In this document: positions 18,368-27,593 of the stretch, piece after piece
How positions within the stretch are numbered: the stretch's first letter is position 1
Layout of the letters: each line of letters opens with the position of its first letter
Origin: PVC group bacterium
Lineage (GTDB): Bacteria > Auribacterota > Erginobacteria > Erginobacterales > Erginobacteraceae
Assembly: GCA_043804695.1 (NCBI GenBank)
Contig: JAZDIV010000043.1
Location: 9,027 to 73,026 of the forward strand
DNA: 64,000 nucleotides
Direction: 5' to 3'
Position numbers and translations under genes: made by a program
The notes under the pieces: generated by a model
The model's input: only the letters and a program-made list of their open reading frames with translations
The model's database searches: none
What the model was told of the DNA's origin: nothing

Positions 18368-19555
18368 CTATGGCCGCGACGGGGCGGACGCCAACACCCC
18401 GACTTCGAACAGGGGCCCGGCCTTTTTCCCCTCCCGGTCATAAAAGAGAGCGGAAAAGGTATAGGGGACCGGCGCCACGAATAAATCCCGGGTAACCATA
18501 ACGAACTCCCCCGCTGCCCAGTTCGAGGTCTCGGGATAAATGGGGAAAAACCACTCCTCGCTCCTTTTCCCGGCTTTTCTCCTGGCCTCGGACAGGTGGC
18601 CGATATCCTCCGGGGAAACCTTCCCGTAGAGGTTCATCCAATAATCGCGCTCAAGCGGCCGGTCGGTTCGGAAAAGAAGCCGGAGACGGCCGGTCTTCGG
18701 TCCGGTCCGCTCCAGTTTCGCTCCGAAGTATTCGATCCCGTCTTCGACGACGGCTTCCGGCAAAAGCGCGCCGACAACCTCCCGGTACCGGTACTGGACT
18801 AAGTCCGCCGTGGAGCCGGAACGGGCGTGGCAAAACGAGAGCCATTCAGCCAGCCGGAAGGGATCGTCTTCAGCCCGGATCTCATCCGCCCTGACCGGTA
18901 TCTCTTCGATCTTCCGCAGTGTCCCCAGCAGGATCTGGTTTCCGTGTCGGCCCTGGGAACTGTCCATATTTATCCGTAGCTCGTAGGGGAGATCGGGGGC
19001 GGTGATATCCTCCCGGACGACGATAAATCCCCCCTCTTTCCAGAATGTCGTCGGCGGAAGGGGGTTGAAGTGCCACCACCGGTATCCTTTCTCCCGGTAC
19101 GGTTCGGAGAGCAGGGATGGATCGGCAAGACGCCCTTCGATGGTAATACCGTAATCATCTTCCAGTTTTTCCATAACGCGGAAAAGGAGATAGATGCGGT
19201 ACCGCTCCTTTCCTATCTTCTCGAAGTCAAACGCCCACAGATCCAGCTCGTTGGATAACTTGCCGATCCTGCTCCCCTTTCCCTCGATCTTCCCGGCCAG
19301 AAGTTCCCACTTCCGGTTGAGCGCCTCTTCCACCACCGCTGATTTTTTCAGGGCGACGGCATAGTTGGCCCGGGTTTCGTTGAGTGTAATCAAATCATCG
19401 GCCGCCTCGATCTCCCGCAGATACGCCTGTTCATCGTAAATCATGGGAGGGAAGGAATATTCATCCCGCTCCGGCGAACACCCCCCGGCCGATAGAAGAA
19501 GCATGATCGTGCCGGATATATAAGCAAATTTCCTGAAAATTTTTACCTCTGTCAC
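18368..19555 (-). CDS. Lipoprotein of unknown function with an internal two-module duplication (family L, copy 1)
   Basis: 395 aa. GTG start is preceded by AAGGAGAAG. The signal peptide ends in a LSAGGC lipobox-like site. There are two ~120-aa modules (FDFEKIG..RYRIYLLFRV...NPLPPTTFWKEGG...PYELRINM and a second with PIYPETSNWAAGE...PYTFSALFY). It is a paralog of 34040..35275. Confidence 0.7.
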   Translation of the reverse strand: MTEVKIFRKFAYISGTIMLLLSAGGCSPERDEYSFPPMIYDEQAYLREIEAADDLITLNETRANYAVALKKSAVVEEALNRKWELLAGKIEGKGSRIGKLSNELDLWAFDFEKIGKERYRIYLLFRVMEKLEDDYGITIEGRLADPSLLSEPYREKGYRWWHFNPLPPTTFWKEGGFIVVREDITAPDLPYELRINMDSSQGRHGNQILLGTLRKIEEIPVRADEIRAEDDPFRLAEWLSFCHARSGSTADLVQYRYREVVGALLPEAVVEDGIEYFGAKLERTGPKTGRLRLLFRTDRPLERDYWMNLYGKVSPEDIGHLSEARRKAGKRSEEWFFPIYPETSNWAAGEFVMVTRDLFVAPVPYTFSALFYDREGKKAGPLFEVGVLASAPSRP

Positions 19556-19639
19556 AGCCTTCTCCTTGATGGATTTTCTATTTTCTCACTGTAATGATAA
19601 TAGTCTTTGTTCAAAACATAAATTAGCGACCGAAGGGAG

Positions 19640-20497
19640 CTAACTTATATCCGGATTCTCAGTCAGAAGCGCCTCCGCCAGCTTTTCCATCGTCTGAAAA
19701 AGCTGCGTCCGGCAGAGCCAAGCGAGCTTCCCGGAGGTAGTCTTTAGGTTGCAGTAACTCTTAAAACGGCGGAACCTGCTCAGCGGGAGACGGGGCTGAT
19801 CCACGTCGATGTCCCGCGGGTGGACGTATACGATCAGCGGACGCCCCTGTTGATACAGGCGCTCCACCCCCCAGCGGAGAAGCCATCCCGGCGCCAGGCG
19901 GAGATAACCGCCGCCGAAAAGATGTATCCGCTTACCGATGACTGTTATGATGGATTGAGGGAACTCAACGAGCGGACCGAAGGTTGTCTCGATCAGATGT
20001 GGAGCGAGTTCCGCCCCGCCGATCCCCCCATGACTGCGATGGCAGGGAAAGATACTCGAATCATAGACGAAGCCCGCTTCCCGGATCTCCTCGAACGCCC
20101 ACTGGGTCTCTTTCTTGATGCCGAACCCGGCCGCCCGGAACCCTGTGATCTCCTGTCCCGTGATGTCCTCCAGCACCGCCTTGCTCTTGCGGATGTCGCG
20201 GCGGAACGCCTCTCTCCCCGCCGAATACGCCAGGAGATGGGCATAGCCGTGACAGGCGATCTCGTGGCCGGCGTCCCGGCAGCGCCGGACTAGCCCCGGA
20301 TGCTGCTCCGCCGCCCAGCCCAGCCAGAAGATGGTGGCGGGGGTCCGGTGCCTGCCCAGAATCCCCAGCAGCTGCTCGAGATTATCCTCTAACCGGATCT
20401 CCAGCTGCGACCACTCGGAGAACACAGGGGTGGCGGGGGTGTCCAGGATGTGGAACCAGTCCTCGGCGTCAATGGTAAAAACGGCGCTTCTTTTCAC
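19640..20497 (-). CDS. Polysaccharide deacetylase (CE4) with DUF3473-like C-terminus, EPS-locus type
   Basis: 285 aa with a GTG start. FTIDAEDWFHI, TIFWLGWAAEQHPGLV, GHEIACHGYAH and C-terminal LFGGGYLRLAP match the PEP-CTERM/EPS-locus deacetylase pattern. Confidence 0.8.
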   Translation of the reverse strand: MKRSAVFTIDAEDWFHILDTPATPVFSEWSQLEIRLEDNLEQLLGILGRHRTPATIFWLGWAAEQHPGLVRRCRDAGHEIACHGYAHLLAYSAGREAFRRDIRKSKAVLEDITGQEITGFRAAGFGIKKETQWAFEEIREAGFVYDSSIFPCHRSHGGIGGAELAPHLIETTFGPLVEFPQSIITVIGKRIHLFGGGYLRLAPGWLLRWGVERLYQQGRPLIVYVHPRDIDVDQPRLPLSRFRRFKSYCNLKTTSGKLAWLCRTQLFQTMEKLAEALLTENPDIS

Positions 20498-20500
20498 CGG

Positions 20501-21283
20501 TTAAAAGAACCTCCGGCCGGCCTTTCTGAAAATTTTCCGGTCCTTCGCGGTCGGGAAAGAGAAGTAGGTGGAATCCTCCTCCCGGTTCGGCCTCCGTTCC
20601 GCTTTCCCCTCCTTGATGAGACGGATGGCGTCCACCAGAACCTCTGCTCCGGCGGCTTTTGTCTTCCGGACGAGTGAATCCCAGGTGTCTTCCGGGGAGA
20701 TCTCGACCTCCCGCTGCAAGATAATGTCCCCGTCGTCCAGTTTGGCCGCCAGGTCATGAACGGTGACGGCGGTCCTGCTCTCGCCGTTCCGGAGAACCCA
20801 GAAAGCCGGCATCAGGCCCCGGTAGCGGGGGAGCGGAGCCCCGTGCACGTTGATGCAGCCCCGGGGGAGCCGTTCCCGGATGGCTTTCCCGATGATCTGC
20901 GGGCAGCTGATGGAGATCAGGAGCTCGGGCCGGTACCGGGTCAAAAGATTCTGGAATTCCCGGCTCTTTACCCGGTCGATTTCGTAATAGGGCATCCGGA
21001 AGACCCGGGCTACCTGCCGGATGGAATGAAAGGAACCACCGATCCCGGGCCGGGTCAGCCGGGACAAAACCGCGGCTTTGATCACCCTCCCCCCCATGAT
21101 GGCCGTCCCCCGCCATCCGAAGAGGCGGAGGTGCCTGACCAGCCCTTTAACGGCCCCCCCGTGGGTGCTCATGGCCGGCGCGGAGACGATACAAACGATC
21201 TCTCCCGGGAATTCGCGGCAGATCCGGGCAAATGACTTTGGCAGGTAGAGCCCTTCATTCTGGGTCAGGATAATAATTTTCAT
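20501..21283 (-). CDS. Formyltransferase (Fmt/ArnA-N/sugar N-formyltransferase family)
   Basis: 260 aa. The sequence runs MKIIILTQ...INVHGAPLPRYRGLMPAFWVLRNGE...VTVHDLAAKLDDGDII, giving the HxxxLPxxRG and D active-site pattern of formyl transferases. Confidence 0.8.
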   Translation of the reverse strand: MKIIILTQNEGLYLPKSFARICREFPGEIVCIVSAPAMSTHGGAVKGLVRHLRLFGWRGTAIMGGRVIKAAVLSRLTRPGIGGSFHSIRQVARVFRMPYYEIDRVKSREFQNLLTRYRPELLISISCPQIIGKAIRERLPRGCINVHGAPLPRYRGLMPAFWVLRNGESRTAVTVHDLAAKLDDGDIILQREVEISPEDTWDSLVRKTKAAGAEVLVDAIRLIKEGKAERRPNREEDSTYFSFPTAKDRKIFRKAGRRFF

Positions 21284-21284
21284 G

Positions 21285-21313
21285 TAAATTAGCTCGCTGC
21301 GCTCGCTAATTTA
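21285..21313. promoter_or_regulatory. AAATTAGC...GCTAATTT hairpin abutting the formyltransferase start codon (degenerate copy)
   Basis: In taaattagctcgctgcgctcgctaattta, the 9-bp outer stem TAAATTAGC/GCTAATTTA lies 1 nt upstream of ATG 21283 in minus sense. A perfect relative is at 54391..54419. Confidence 0.5.
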
Positions 21314-21584
21314 TGCTGGATCGTTCTTCACTCCGTTCAGGACTATCAGTAGATGTAGTAAATGTAGTATCGCCTTGCCGGAGGCCCGGCTTGCTGAATT
21401 GCAAGCGAAGCGATCCTACAATTACGGCAAAGAATGCCGAAGGTATTCTGATCCTACAAGTCCTGTCGTAGATCCTGAGCGTGCCGAAGGAAGCGAAGCG
21501 AAAAGACGATACTACACTACCGGATTTCTTTTTAAAAATTCCGAAGCAATAAATTACCTCACTCCCTTACTCTATATCTTTTTA

Positions 21585-21614
21585 TCCTTCGTGTCCTTCG
21601 TGACCTTCGTGGTT
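21585..21614. repeat. Three 9-bp-phased CACGAAG units
   Basis: The sequence tccttcgtgtccttcgtgaccttcgtggtt reverse-complements to aaccacgaaggtcacgaaggacacgaagga. It lies just downstream of the GT4 gene stop (21631). Confidence 0.75.
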
Positions 21615-21630
21615 TATTGATCTCTATTCC

Positions 21631-22869
21631 TCAAGGAATGGTTTTATTCCCGACTTCTTCGATCAGACGGAGATACTTTCCGGCCAGCTCGTCCGGGTCA
21701 TGATGACGGGCGACATAGTCACGGCCGGAGTGGCCGAAGTGTACCGCTTCTTCCGGATGATCGGCAAGGTATATCAGGCTCCGGGCCAGTTCATGATGGT
21801 TTTCCGGCTCGATGCAGATGCCGGCGCCGGCCCGTTCGGTCAACGCGGCTGCCTGGCCGGCTACTCCCATGATGACCGGTTTCCCCATCGCCGCCGCCTC
21901 GAAAAATTTCGAGGGCAACACCGTTGTGAAGAGTTCGCTGTTTTTCAGATGCGCGAGACAGGCGTCCGAGGCGGCGAAAAAGCCGGGGATCTCCTCTTTC
22001 GGCCGCCGCCCCGCGAAGATGACGTTGTCCAGACCCTCCTGCCGGCAGATCTCTTCCAGCTTCTCCCGGATCGCCCCGTCCCCGACCAGCATGATGACGA
22101 TGTCTTCCCTCCCCATCTCCTTGAGGAGACGGGCCGCCCGGGGCACCACCTCCAGGCCGGAACAGAGACCCAGCGTCCCGATGTAGGAGCAGACATATTT
22201 CCCTTCCACTCTGTACTGCTGCCGGATCGTCCGATCGGGGGGCCGCGGGGAAAAAAATGCCAGGTCGGCCCCGGTGTGGATGACATTAACCTTACCCGGG
22301 GGGACCCCCAGCCGGATCAGGTTCTCCCGGTACCCCTCGCCGACGGCCACGATCCGGTCCGCCCCGGCATACATCCGCCGGGCCAGCCAATCGAGAAACC
22401 GGAGAATTCGCTGATTCCTCATCGCCCCGATCGCGACGATGGTCTCCGGCCAGAGATCGCGGATTTCGAGGATGAAAGGCGCCCGCCGCAGCCGGGCGGC
22501 GATCAGGCCGGCCCAGCCGCAGAAAAACTGGGGGGAGGTAGCGATAATGACCCGCGGCTTTTTCAGAGGCAGGCTGAAGCAGATGGCCGAGATCATGTAC
22601 GATAGAAAGTTGAGGATCCTCTTCCCGGTCCCCCGGTTCGGCGCCAGGTAGGTCCAGACCCGGATCACCTCGATCCCGTCCACGATCTCCCGGCTCCGCG
22701 GCCGGTTGCGGTACCCGGGATAGACCTTCCCGTCGGGGACATTGGGAGCGCAGGTGATCACGGTGACCCGGTGCCCAGACCGGACCCAGCGGCGGCAGTT
22801 TTCATACGTCCGGGAGGCGGGAGCGTTTCCTTCGGGGGGAAAATAATGGCTGAAGAAGAGTATCTGCAT
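21631..22869 (-). CDS. Glycosyltransferase family 4 (WbuB/WcaI-like)
   Basis: 412 aa. MQILFFSHYFPPEGNAPASRTYENCRRWVRSGHRVTVITCAPN is the characteristic WbuB-like N-terminus, and the C-terminal half is GT-B with an E..A.G.PV pattern. Confidence 0.85.
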   Translation of the reverse strand: MQILFFSHYFPPEGNAPASRTYENCRRWVRSGHRVTVITCAPNVPDGKVYPGYRNRPRSREIVDGIEVIRVWTYLAPNRGTGKRILNFLSYMISAICFSLPLKKPRVIIATSPQFFCGWAGLIAARLRRAPFILEIRDLWPETIVAIGAMRNQRILRFLDWLARRMYAGADRIVAVGEGYRENLIRLGVPPGKVNVIHTGADLAFFSPRPPDRTIRQQYRVEGKYVCSYIGTLGLCSGLEVVPRAARLLKEMGREDIVIMLVGDGAIREKLEEICRQEGLDNVIFAGRRPKEEIPGFFAASDACLAHLKNSELFTTVLPSKFFEAAAMGKPVIMGVAGQAAALTERAGAGICIEPENHHELARSLIYLADHPEEAVHFGHSGRDYVARHHDPDELAGKYLRLIEEVGNKTIP

Positions 22870-22871
22870 GG

Positions 22872-25010
22872 TCAGGATAGCTCGATAAGCCGGCCGGTGG
22901 ATGCCGCCTCGACCGCGGCCAGGGTGGCACGGGTCACGTTGACCAGATCGGCAAAAGGTATCAGAGGCAGCCCCCCTTCCCTGATCCGATTGATGAACAG
23001 TTTGATTTCGGCCTGATGCCCCTTGTCCTGACGCCGGGTCTTGAAAAGGCGAAATCCCTTGAAACCATAACCGCGGGTCACCCGGAAATTCTCCATCCGG
23101 ATTACCCGTCCGCCTGAAAAAACTTCAAGCGTCTCCTTGGGATACCTTTTCGGACCGTTGGCGAAGTAGTTGATGGTTCCGATCGAGCCGTCTTCAAGCC
23201 CGATGATAACGGCCATCTTGTCCTCCCGGACCGCCGGGCCGGGGCCCACCATCAAGGCGGCAACAGTTCTGACGGGGCTCTGAGCGAGGCAGGAGAAAAG
23301 ATCGATAAAGTGGCAACCCTCCCCGATTATCCTCCCCCCCCCACGTTCGGGATCCTGGGTCCAGTGATCGGGCGGGATCTCACCGGCGTTCACGGTCATG
23401 TTCATGCAAAGAGGGCCGGTTCTCCCCCGGAGGAGTTCGATGATTTTCTTGGTGTGCGGACTGAAACGACGGTTGAAGCCAACCATTAGGGATTGGGGAT
23501 TAGGGAGTAGGGATTGGTATATGGAGATACTCTCGTCCAATTCCGATTCGTTGATGGCGAGGGGTTTTTCAACGAAGGTGTGCTTTCCCGCCTGGAGGGA
23601 CTCGCAGACGAAGCGGGCGTGGAGATGATGTCCGACGGCGATAAATACGGTGTTGACCTCCGGATCGTCGAGAATTACCCGGTAATCGGTTGCCGCCTGC
23701 TCACCGCCATATTTCCGGGCCGCCTCGCGGGCAGCCGCACCATCCAGATCGGCTATATACTTTATCCGGGCGTCTGTCTTTGCCAGTGCCGGAAGGAGGA
23801 TCGCTCTGGAAAAATTCCCGGCGCCGATCAGACCCACCGTTACCGGGCCGGCGGGACCTGATGGAACCGTTTTCACCGTTATAATCCCGGATCGCTCAAC
23901 CTGAACCGGATACTGGAGTATGATTCCCAGGGAAGCGGTGCTATCCCCGACCTTCTGATAGGCCTTACCGGCGTCACTGATCGAAAAACGATCCGTAATA
24001 AGATCTTTGACCCGAAGCCGGTTTTCCTTGATCGCCGCCAGGACAGCTTCAAAATTCCGCTGCTCGGTCCAGCGGACAAAACCATAGGGGTAATCCCGTC
24101 CTTCCTGTTCGTAGTTCTCGTCATAACGCCCCGGGCCGTAGGAACAGGAGACCTGGAAAGTGAGTTCTTTCTCGTAAAAATCGCTCCGGCGCAGGTTAAG
24201 TCCAACCACTCCCACCAGCACAATCCGGCCCCGCTTCCGGCAGGCCCGGGCCGACTGGTGGACGATCTCGTCGGTCTTGGCCGAAGCGGTGATCAAAACC
24301 CCGTCTACGCCCCTTCCCCCGGTCTCGGATAGCGCCGCCGCTATCGGATCACCTCCGGTCGACAGATCAACGGTCCGGGCGCTGAATCCTTCGGCCAGGT
24401 TTAAACGTCCCGAATCCAGATCCACCGCCAGAACTTCGCAGCCGCTGGACCGGAGAAGCTGAACCGTTATCAAACCGATCAACCCCATCCCGAAGATCAT
24501 GAATTTCTCGCCCAGCTCAGGTTTAACCAATCGAATCCCCTGGAGAGCGATACTGCCCAGCACGGCGAAAGCCGCTTCTTCATCGGTGACCCCCTCGGGA
24601 ATCCGGGCGCAGAGGTTGCGGGGCACCGAAACAATCTCGGCGTGGGGGCCGTTGCTTGCCACCCGGTCGCCGGGCTGAAGATCACGGACCCGCGCGCCGA
24701 CCTCCAGGACCACCCCGCTGTTGCAGTAGCCCAGCGGCAGCGGCTGGTCGAGCTTGCGGAAGACCGCCTCCAGAGTCGGGATCAGGCCGTCGGTTTTTAT
24801 CTTGTCCAGAACCTGCCTTACCTTTTCCGGCTGCTGCCGCGCCTTCCGGACCAGGTTGGCCCGGCTGAACTCGACCAGCATCCGCTCGGTTCCCGGGGAA
24901 ATCAGGGAAGCCCTGGTCGAAATCAATACCTCCCCCGGACCGGGACGGGGAGCCGGGACCTCCGCCACCTCGATCTGGCCTGTGCGAAGGAGTTGGAGAA
25001 TCTGTTTCAT
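22872..25010 (-). CDS. Bi-domain oxidoreductase (N-terminal zinc-type MDR dehydrogenase fused to Gfo/Idh/MocA domain)
   Basis: 712 aa. The N-terminus is MKQILQLLRTGQIEVAEVPAPRPGPGEVLI...SPGTE (MDR). It is followed by GMGLIGL Rossmann and GLIGAGNFSRAILLPAL (Gfo/Idh/MocA) segments. Its start shares one nucleotide with the upstream stop (TAATG). Confidence 0.8.
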   Translation of the reverse strand: MKQILQLLRTGQIEVAEVPAPRPGPGEVLISTRASLISPGTERMLVEFSRANLVRKARQQPEKVRQVLDKIKTDGLIPTLEAVFRKLDQPLPLGYCNSGVVLEVGARVRDLQPGDRVASNGPHAEIVSVPRNLCARIPEGVTDEEAAFAVLGSIALQGIRLVKPELGEKFMIFGMGLIGLITVQLLRSSGCEVLAVDLDSGRLNLAEGFSARTVDLSTGGDPIAAALSETGGRGVDGVLITASAKTDEIVHQSARACRKRGRIVLVGVVGLNLRRSDFYEKELTFQVSCSYGPGRYDENYEQEGRDYPYGFVRWTEQRNFEAVLAAIKENRLRVKDLITDRFSISDAGKAYQKVGDSTASLGIILQYPVQVERSGIITVKTVPSGPAGPVTVGLIGAGNFSRAILLPALAKTDARIKYIADLDGAAAREAARKYGGEQAATDYRVILDDPEVNTVFIAVGHHLHARFVCESLQAGKHTFVEKPLAINESELDESISIYQSLLPNPQSLMVGFNRRFSPHTKKIIELLRGRTGPLCMNMTVNAGEIPPDHWTQDPERGGGRIIGEGCHFIDLFSCLAQSPVRTVAALMVGPGPAVREDKMAVIIGLEDGSIGTINYFANGPKRYPKETLEVFSGGRVIRMENFRVTRGYGFKGFRLFKTRRQDKGHQAEIKLFINRIREGGLPLIPFADLVNVTRATLAAVEAASTGRLIELS

Positions 25011-25756
25011 TACAAATCGTCTTTCCCCAAATTGATTAACTCTTTGCGCCGAAAAACGCCGATAATATTGATCCGAAAATCTTCAAGAAAAGCAAAGAAT
25101 GAAACCATCCGCTCATAAGCGATCCCGGCCAAAAAGCTGGGGGTCGAGAACATCAGATAATTCGGGTTGCACTCAAGCAGATAGAGTTTCTCCTCTAAAA
25201 AACCGGCCTGGGAAAACAGGCTGCGGATTGTTCTGCGGGTGTTCATCCGATAAACCGTCGGGAAGGTGTCTTCCCCTAATCGGCCTCGTAGACGATTATA
25301 GAACGCATGAAAGCGATGTGGGGTCAGGCGTGAAAATAGAGACATATAATGCCATTTATTGGGTGTCAAAAAAACAAACTGCCCGTCAGGACGCAGCACG
25401 CGACGAAGTTCGGTCAGAAAGATCTTGGGGTGCTGAATGTGTTCGAGTACGTACCGCGAGAAGACTAAATCAAAGTACCCGTCGGGGAAAGGCAGCTGGC
25501 TCAAATCGGTCACCACGCCAAAATCGAGGCAGGGGTTGTCGACCACTTTAGGGTCGAGATCTGCTCCGACCATCTTGGCTACACAACCTTTCAGGTTGTA
25601 TGAAAACTTTTCTCCCCTTCCTGCCCCAGCGTCTAAGATGCGGGTCTGCGTCGTACTACGCTTTTTAATCTCAGCAAGAAATGGGGCATCATTATTGAAC
25701 CGTTCGGGGGAATAAAACCGTCCCCTTAGTTCCTTAGCGCTCCAGAAACGTTTCAT
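25010..25756 (-). CDS. Class I SAM-dependent methyltransferase
   Basis: Motifs are ILDAGAGRGEKF and FDLVFSRYVLEHIQHP. The track start at 25840 reads through a GTCATTGCGAG repeat, so I prefer ATG 25756 (MKRFWSAKEL). Confidence 0.8.
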   Translation of the reverse strand: MKRFWSAKELRGRFYSPERFNNDAPFLAEIKKRSTTQTRILDAGAGRGEKFSYNLKGCVAKMVGADLDPKVVDNPCLDFGVVTDLSQLPFPDGYFDLVFSRYVLEHIQHPKIFLTELRRVLRPDGQFVFLTPNKWHYMSLFSRLTPHRFHAFYNRLRGRLGEDTFPTVYRMNTRRTIRSLFSQAGFLEEKLYLLECNPNYLMFSTPSFLAGIAYERMVSFFAFLEDFRINIIGVFRRKELINLGKDDL

Positions 25757-25810
25757 AAAGAATACCTGAAATAGGGTATTTTGACAAATGCCCATTTCCC
25801 AAATTTTTGC

Positions 25811-25915
25811 GTCATTGCGAGAAACGGAGCGACGAAGCAATCTTAACCAATTGGGATATAGCTTATTCCGATCACCTTTCAGATCGCTTCTCCGCCTGAG
25901 GCGGATCGCGATGAC
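25811..25915. repeat. GTCATTGCGAG...CGCGATGAC palindromic element (copy 1)
   Basis: The arm gtcattgcgagaaacggagcgacgaagcaatct (25811..25843) pairs with agatcgcttctccgcctgaggcggatcgcgatgac (25881..25915). A relative is at 63001..63102. Confidence 0.7.
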
Positions 25916-26017
25916 ATTTTAGGGAGTTGTCGGACAGTCTCCTAAGGATATCAGCAGCGTGAAGACATGTCAACACGGTCACGGTCATATTGAATCGCGC
26001 AGGTGGAATTGCCGATT

Positions 26018-27589
26018 TTATGATCGTAGCTGCCGTTGAAGTTCCTCCTCCAGGTCGAGCATCAGGGTATTGGTGGTTTCGATGGACTCTAGGGAGTCTC
26101 CCTTTTCCCCGGCGATTATTTTCCGGGAGATCTCCCGGTACATCCGGCGGTAAACTTCAATCTTGTTGATGCCTGTCTTCCGGATGATCCGGAAACGGTC
26201 CTCGGCTCGGTAGGAAGAACTGTTGACGATCGTCACCGTGCGGTCTTCCCTCCGCATCGCCATGTATTCCTGGACCCCGATCCTCTGGCTCCCCAGGTGG
26301 GTGAGATGGAGGACCAGGCAGGCCCCGTTGTCAAGCTCGACCGTCGCCACCGTGTCCCCGTTCGAGATCCGGCTTACCGCCTGGCGGACCGGCCGGGCGA
26401 AATCGTTCATAAACAGGAAGTGGTCAAGCCAGTGGCACCCGTTGCTGACCAGGTGGCTCCCGGAGTTTGGCCAACAGTACCAGTGGTGCGGAGGCAGGGG
26501 GATTTCATAGACGTCGGCGGTGATATGGATAGGGTCGCCGGGGCCCTGCCGCAGGTCGAGGCGGGCCAAGGCGAAGAGGGGGTTATAGCGCATCTGGAAG
26601 CAGCTGTAGAGCCGACCGCCGGTCCGGGTCAGGGACGCGGTGAGCCCGGCCAGCTGCTCCCGAGTGGTGACGACCGGTTTTTCCACCACGGCCGCCGCCC
26701 CCCGGTCCAGGGCCCGGACCGCCAATCCGGCGTGGGTATGGTGGTAACCGGCGATCAGGTGAACGTCGTACTCCACCTCGTCTTCCCCGGCCGGGTCGGT
26801 GGAAACGGCAAAATCATTCCGGAAATTCCGGGTGATCTGGGTGGGGTCCACTTCGTGGACGGAGGCGATCCGGATCGCCGGGTGCAGCCCGGGGATAATC
26901 TGGGTCTTGGCGTAGTTGCCCAGGCCGTAAAGAACGGCGGTGAAACGGGGGCGGGTGGCGTCCCGGGGGAACATGGGCGACGACGTCTCCACCCCGGAAG
27001 GAACGGGAAGGGGGAGAAGCCGGAAGGCGCCGACCGGCCGCGACCAATAGTCCGCCGCCGCCGCTAGGATGTCGTTTTGGAGGCCAAACGGGATCGGGCG
27101 CCCCGATTCCGGCTGCCACCCGATGATCTCCGCCAGGCGGGGGATAACGGGGCCAGCCGCGTAAAAACGAATCCATTCCCGGGTGCGGTGAAGTTCGGCG
27201 ACCTCCGGGGAGATCGGACGAACCAGGTCGGGAGGTAGGACAATCCTCTCCACGCAGCTGGGGTGGGCCGGGGCGATGAAGACCACCGGGTTTCCCTCCT
27301 CCCTGCCGCCTCTGTCATCCGATGAGATTATCTTGCCCAGTCCGGTGGAGAAATATTTCTCGTTCCTTCTCCTCTCGGCGAGGCGGGAACGGACCTTGCG
27401 GATAACGGCCCGGAGTCCGAACTCTCCCAGGTACTCCCGGAGCATACCCCACTTCCGGGGGCGGGCCAGGTACATCCCCGTGATCGGCCGGACAACCGCC
27501 CAGGCGGTGACCGCAATGCGCAGATGACCCTCCGGCCGGTGGTAATCCAGAACCCGGTCTTCCCAGCTATCGCCGCTCAGAAGGTACAT
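26018..27589 (-). CDS. Gfo/Idh/MocA-like oxidoreductase with ~200-aa N-terminal extension of unknown function
   Basis: 523 aa. Central FTAVLYGLGNYAKTQIIPGL...AGYHHTHAGLAVRALDRGAAAVVEKP matches the Gfo/Idh/MocA NAD-binding pattern. Confidence 0.6.
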   Translation of the reverse strand: MYLLSGDSWEDRVLDYHRPEGHLRIAVTAWAVVRPITGMYLARPRKWGMLREYLGEFGLRAVIRKVRSRLAERRRNEKYFSTGLGKIISSDDRGGREEGNPVVFIAPAHPSCVERIVLPPDLVRPISPEVAELHRTREWIRFYAAGPVIPRLAEIIGWQPESGRPIPFGLQNDILAAAADYWSRPVGAFRLLPLPVPSGVETSSPMFPRDATRPRFTAVLYGLGNYAKTQIIPGLHPAIRIASVHEVDPTQITRNFRNDFAVSTDPAGEDEVEYDVHLIAGYHHTHAGLAVRALDRGAAAVVEKPVVTTREQLAGLTASLTRTGGRLYSCFQMRYNPLFALARLDLRQGPGDPIHITADVYEIPLPPHHWYCWPNSGSHLVSNGCHWLDHFLFMNDFARPVRQAVSRISNGDTVATVELDNGACLVLHLTHLGSQRIGVQEYMAMRREDRTVTIVNSSSYRAEDRFRIIRKTGINKIEVYRRMYREISRKIIAGEKGDSLESIETTNTLMLDLEEELQRQLRS

Positions 27590-27593
27590 GAGC

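Noticed and set aside
21375-21620. 81-aa ORF in the formyltransferase-GT4 spacer
   Set aside because: It is built from intergenic repeats: inverted gtagtatcg/cgatactac arms, gatcctaca repeats, and the CACGAAG triplet giving FVSFVTFVV. It is repeat translation, not a gene.
25757-25840. 28-codon N-terminal extension of the methyltransferase
   Set aside because: It is encoded largely by the GTCATTGCGAG repeat arm (RRSVSRNDA). The internal ATG 25756 gives a normal methyltransferase N-terminus.
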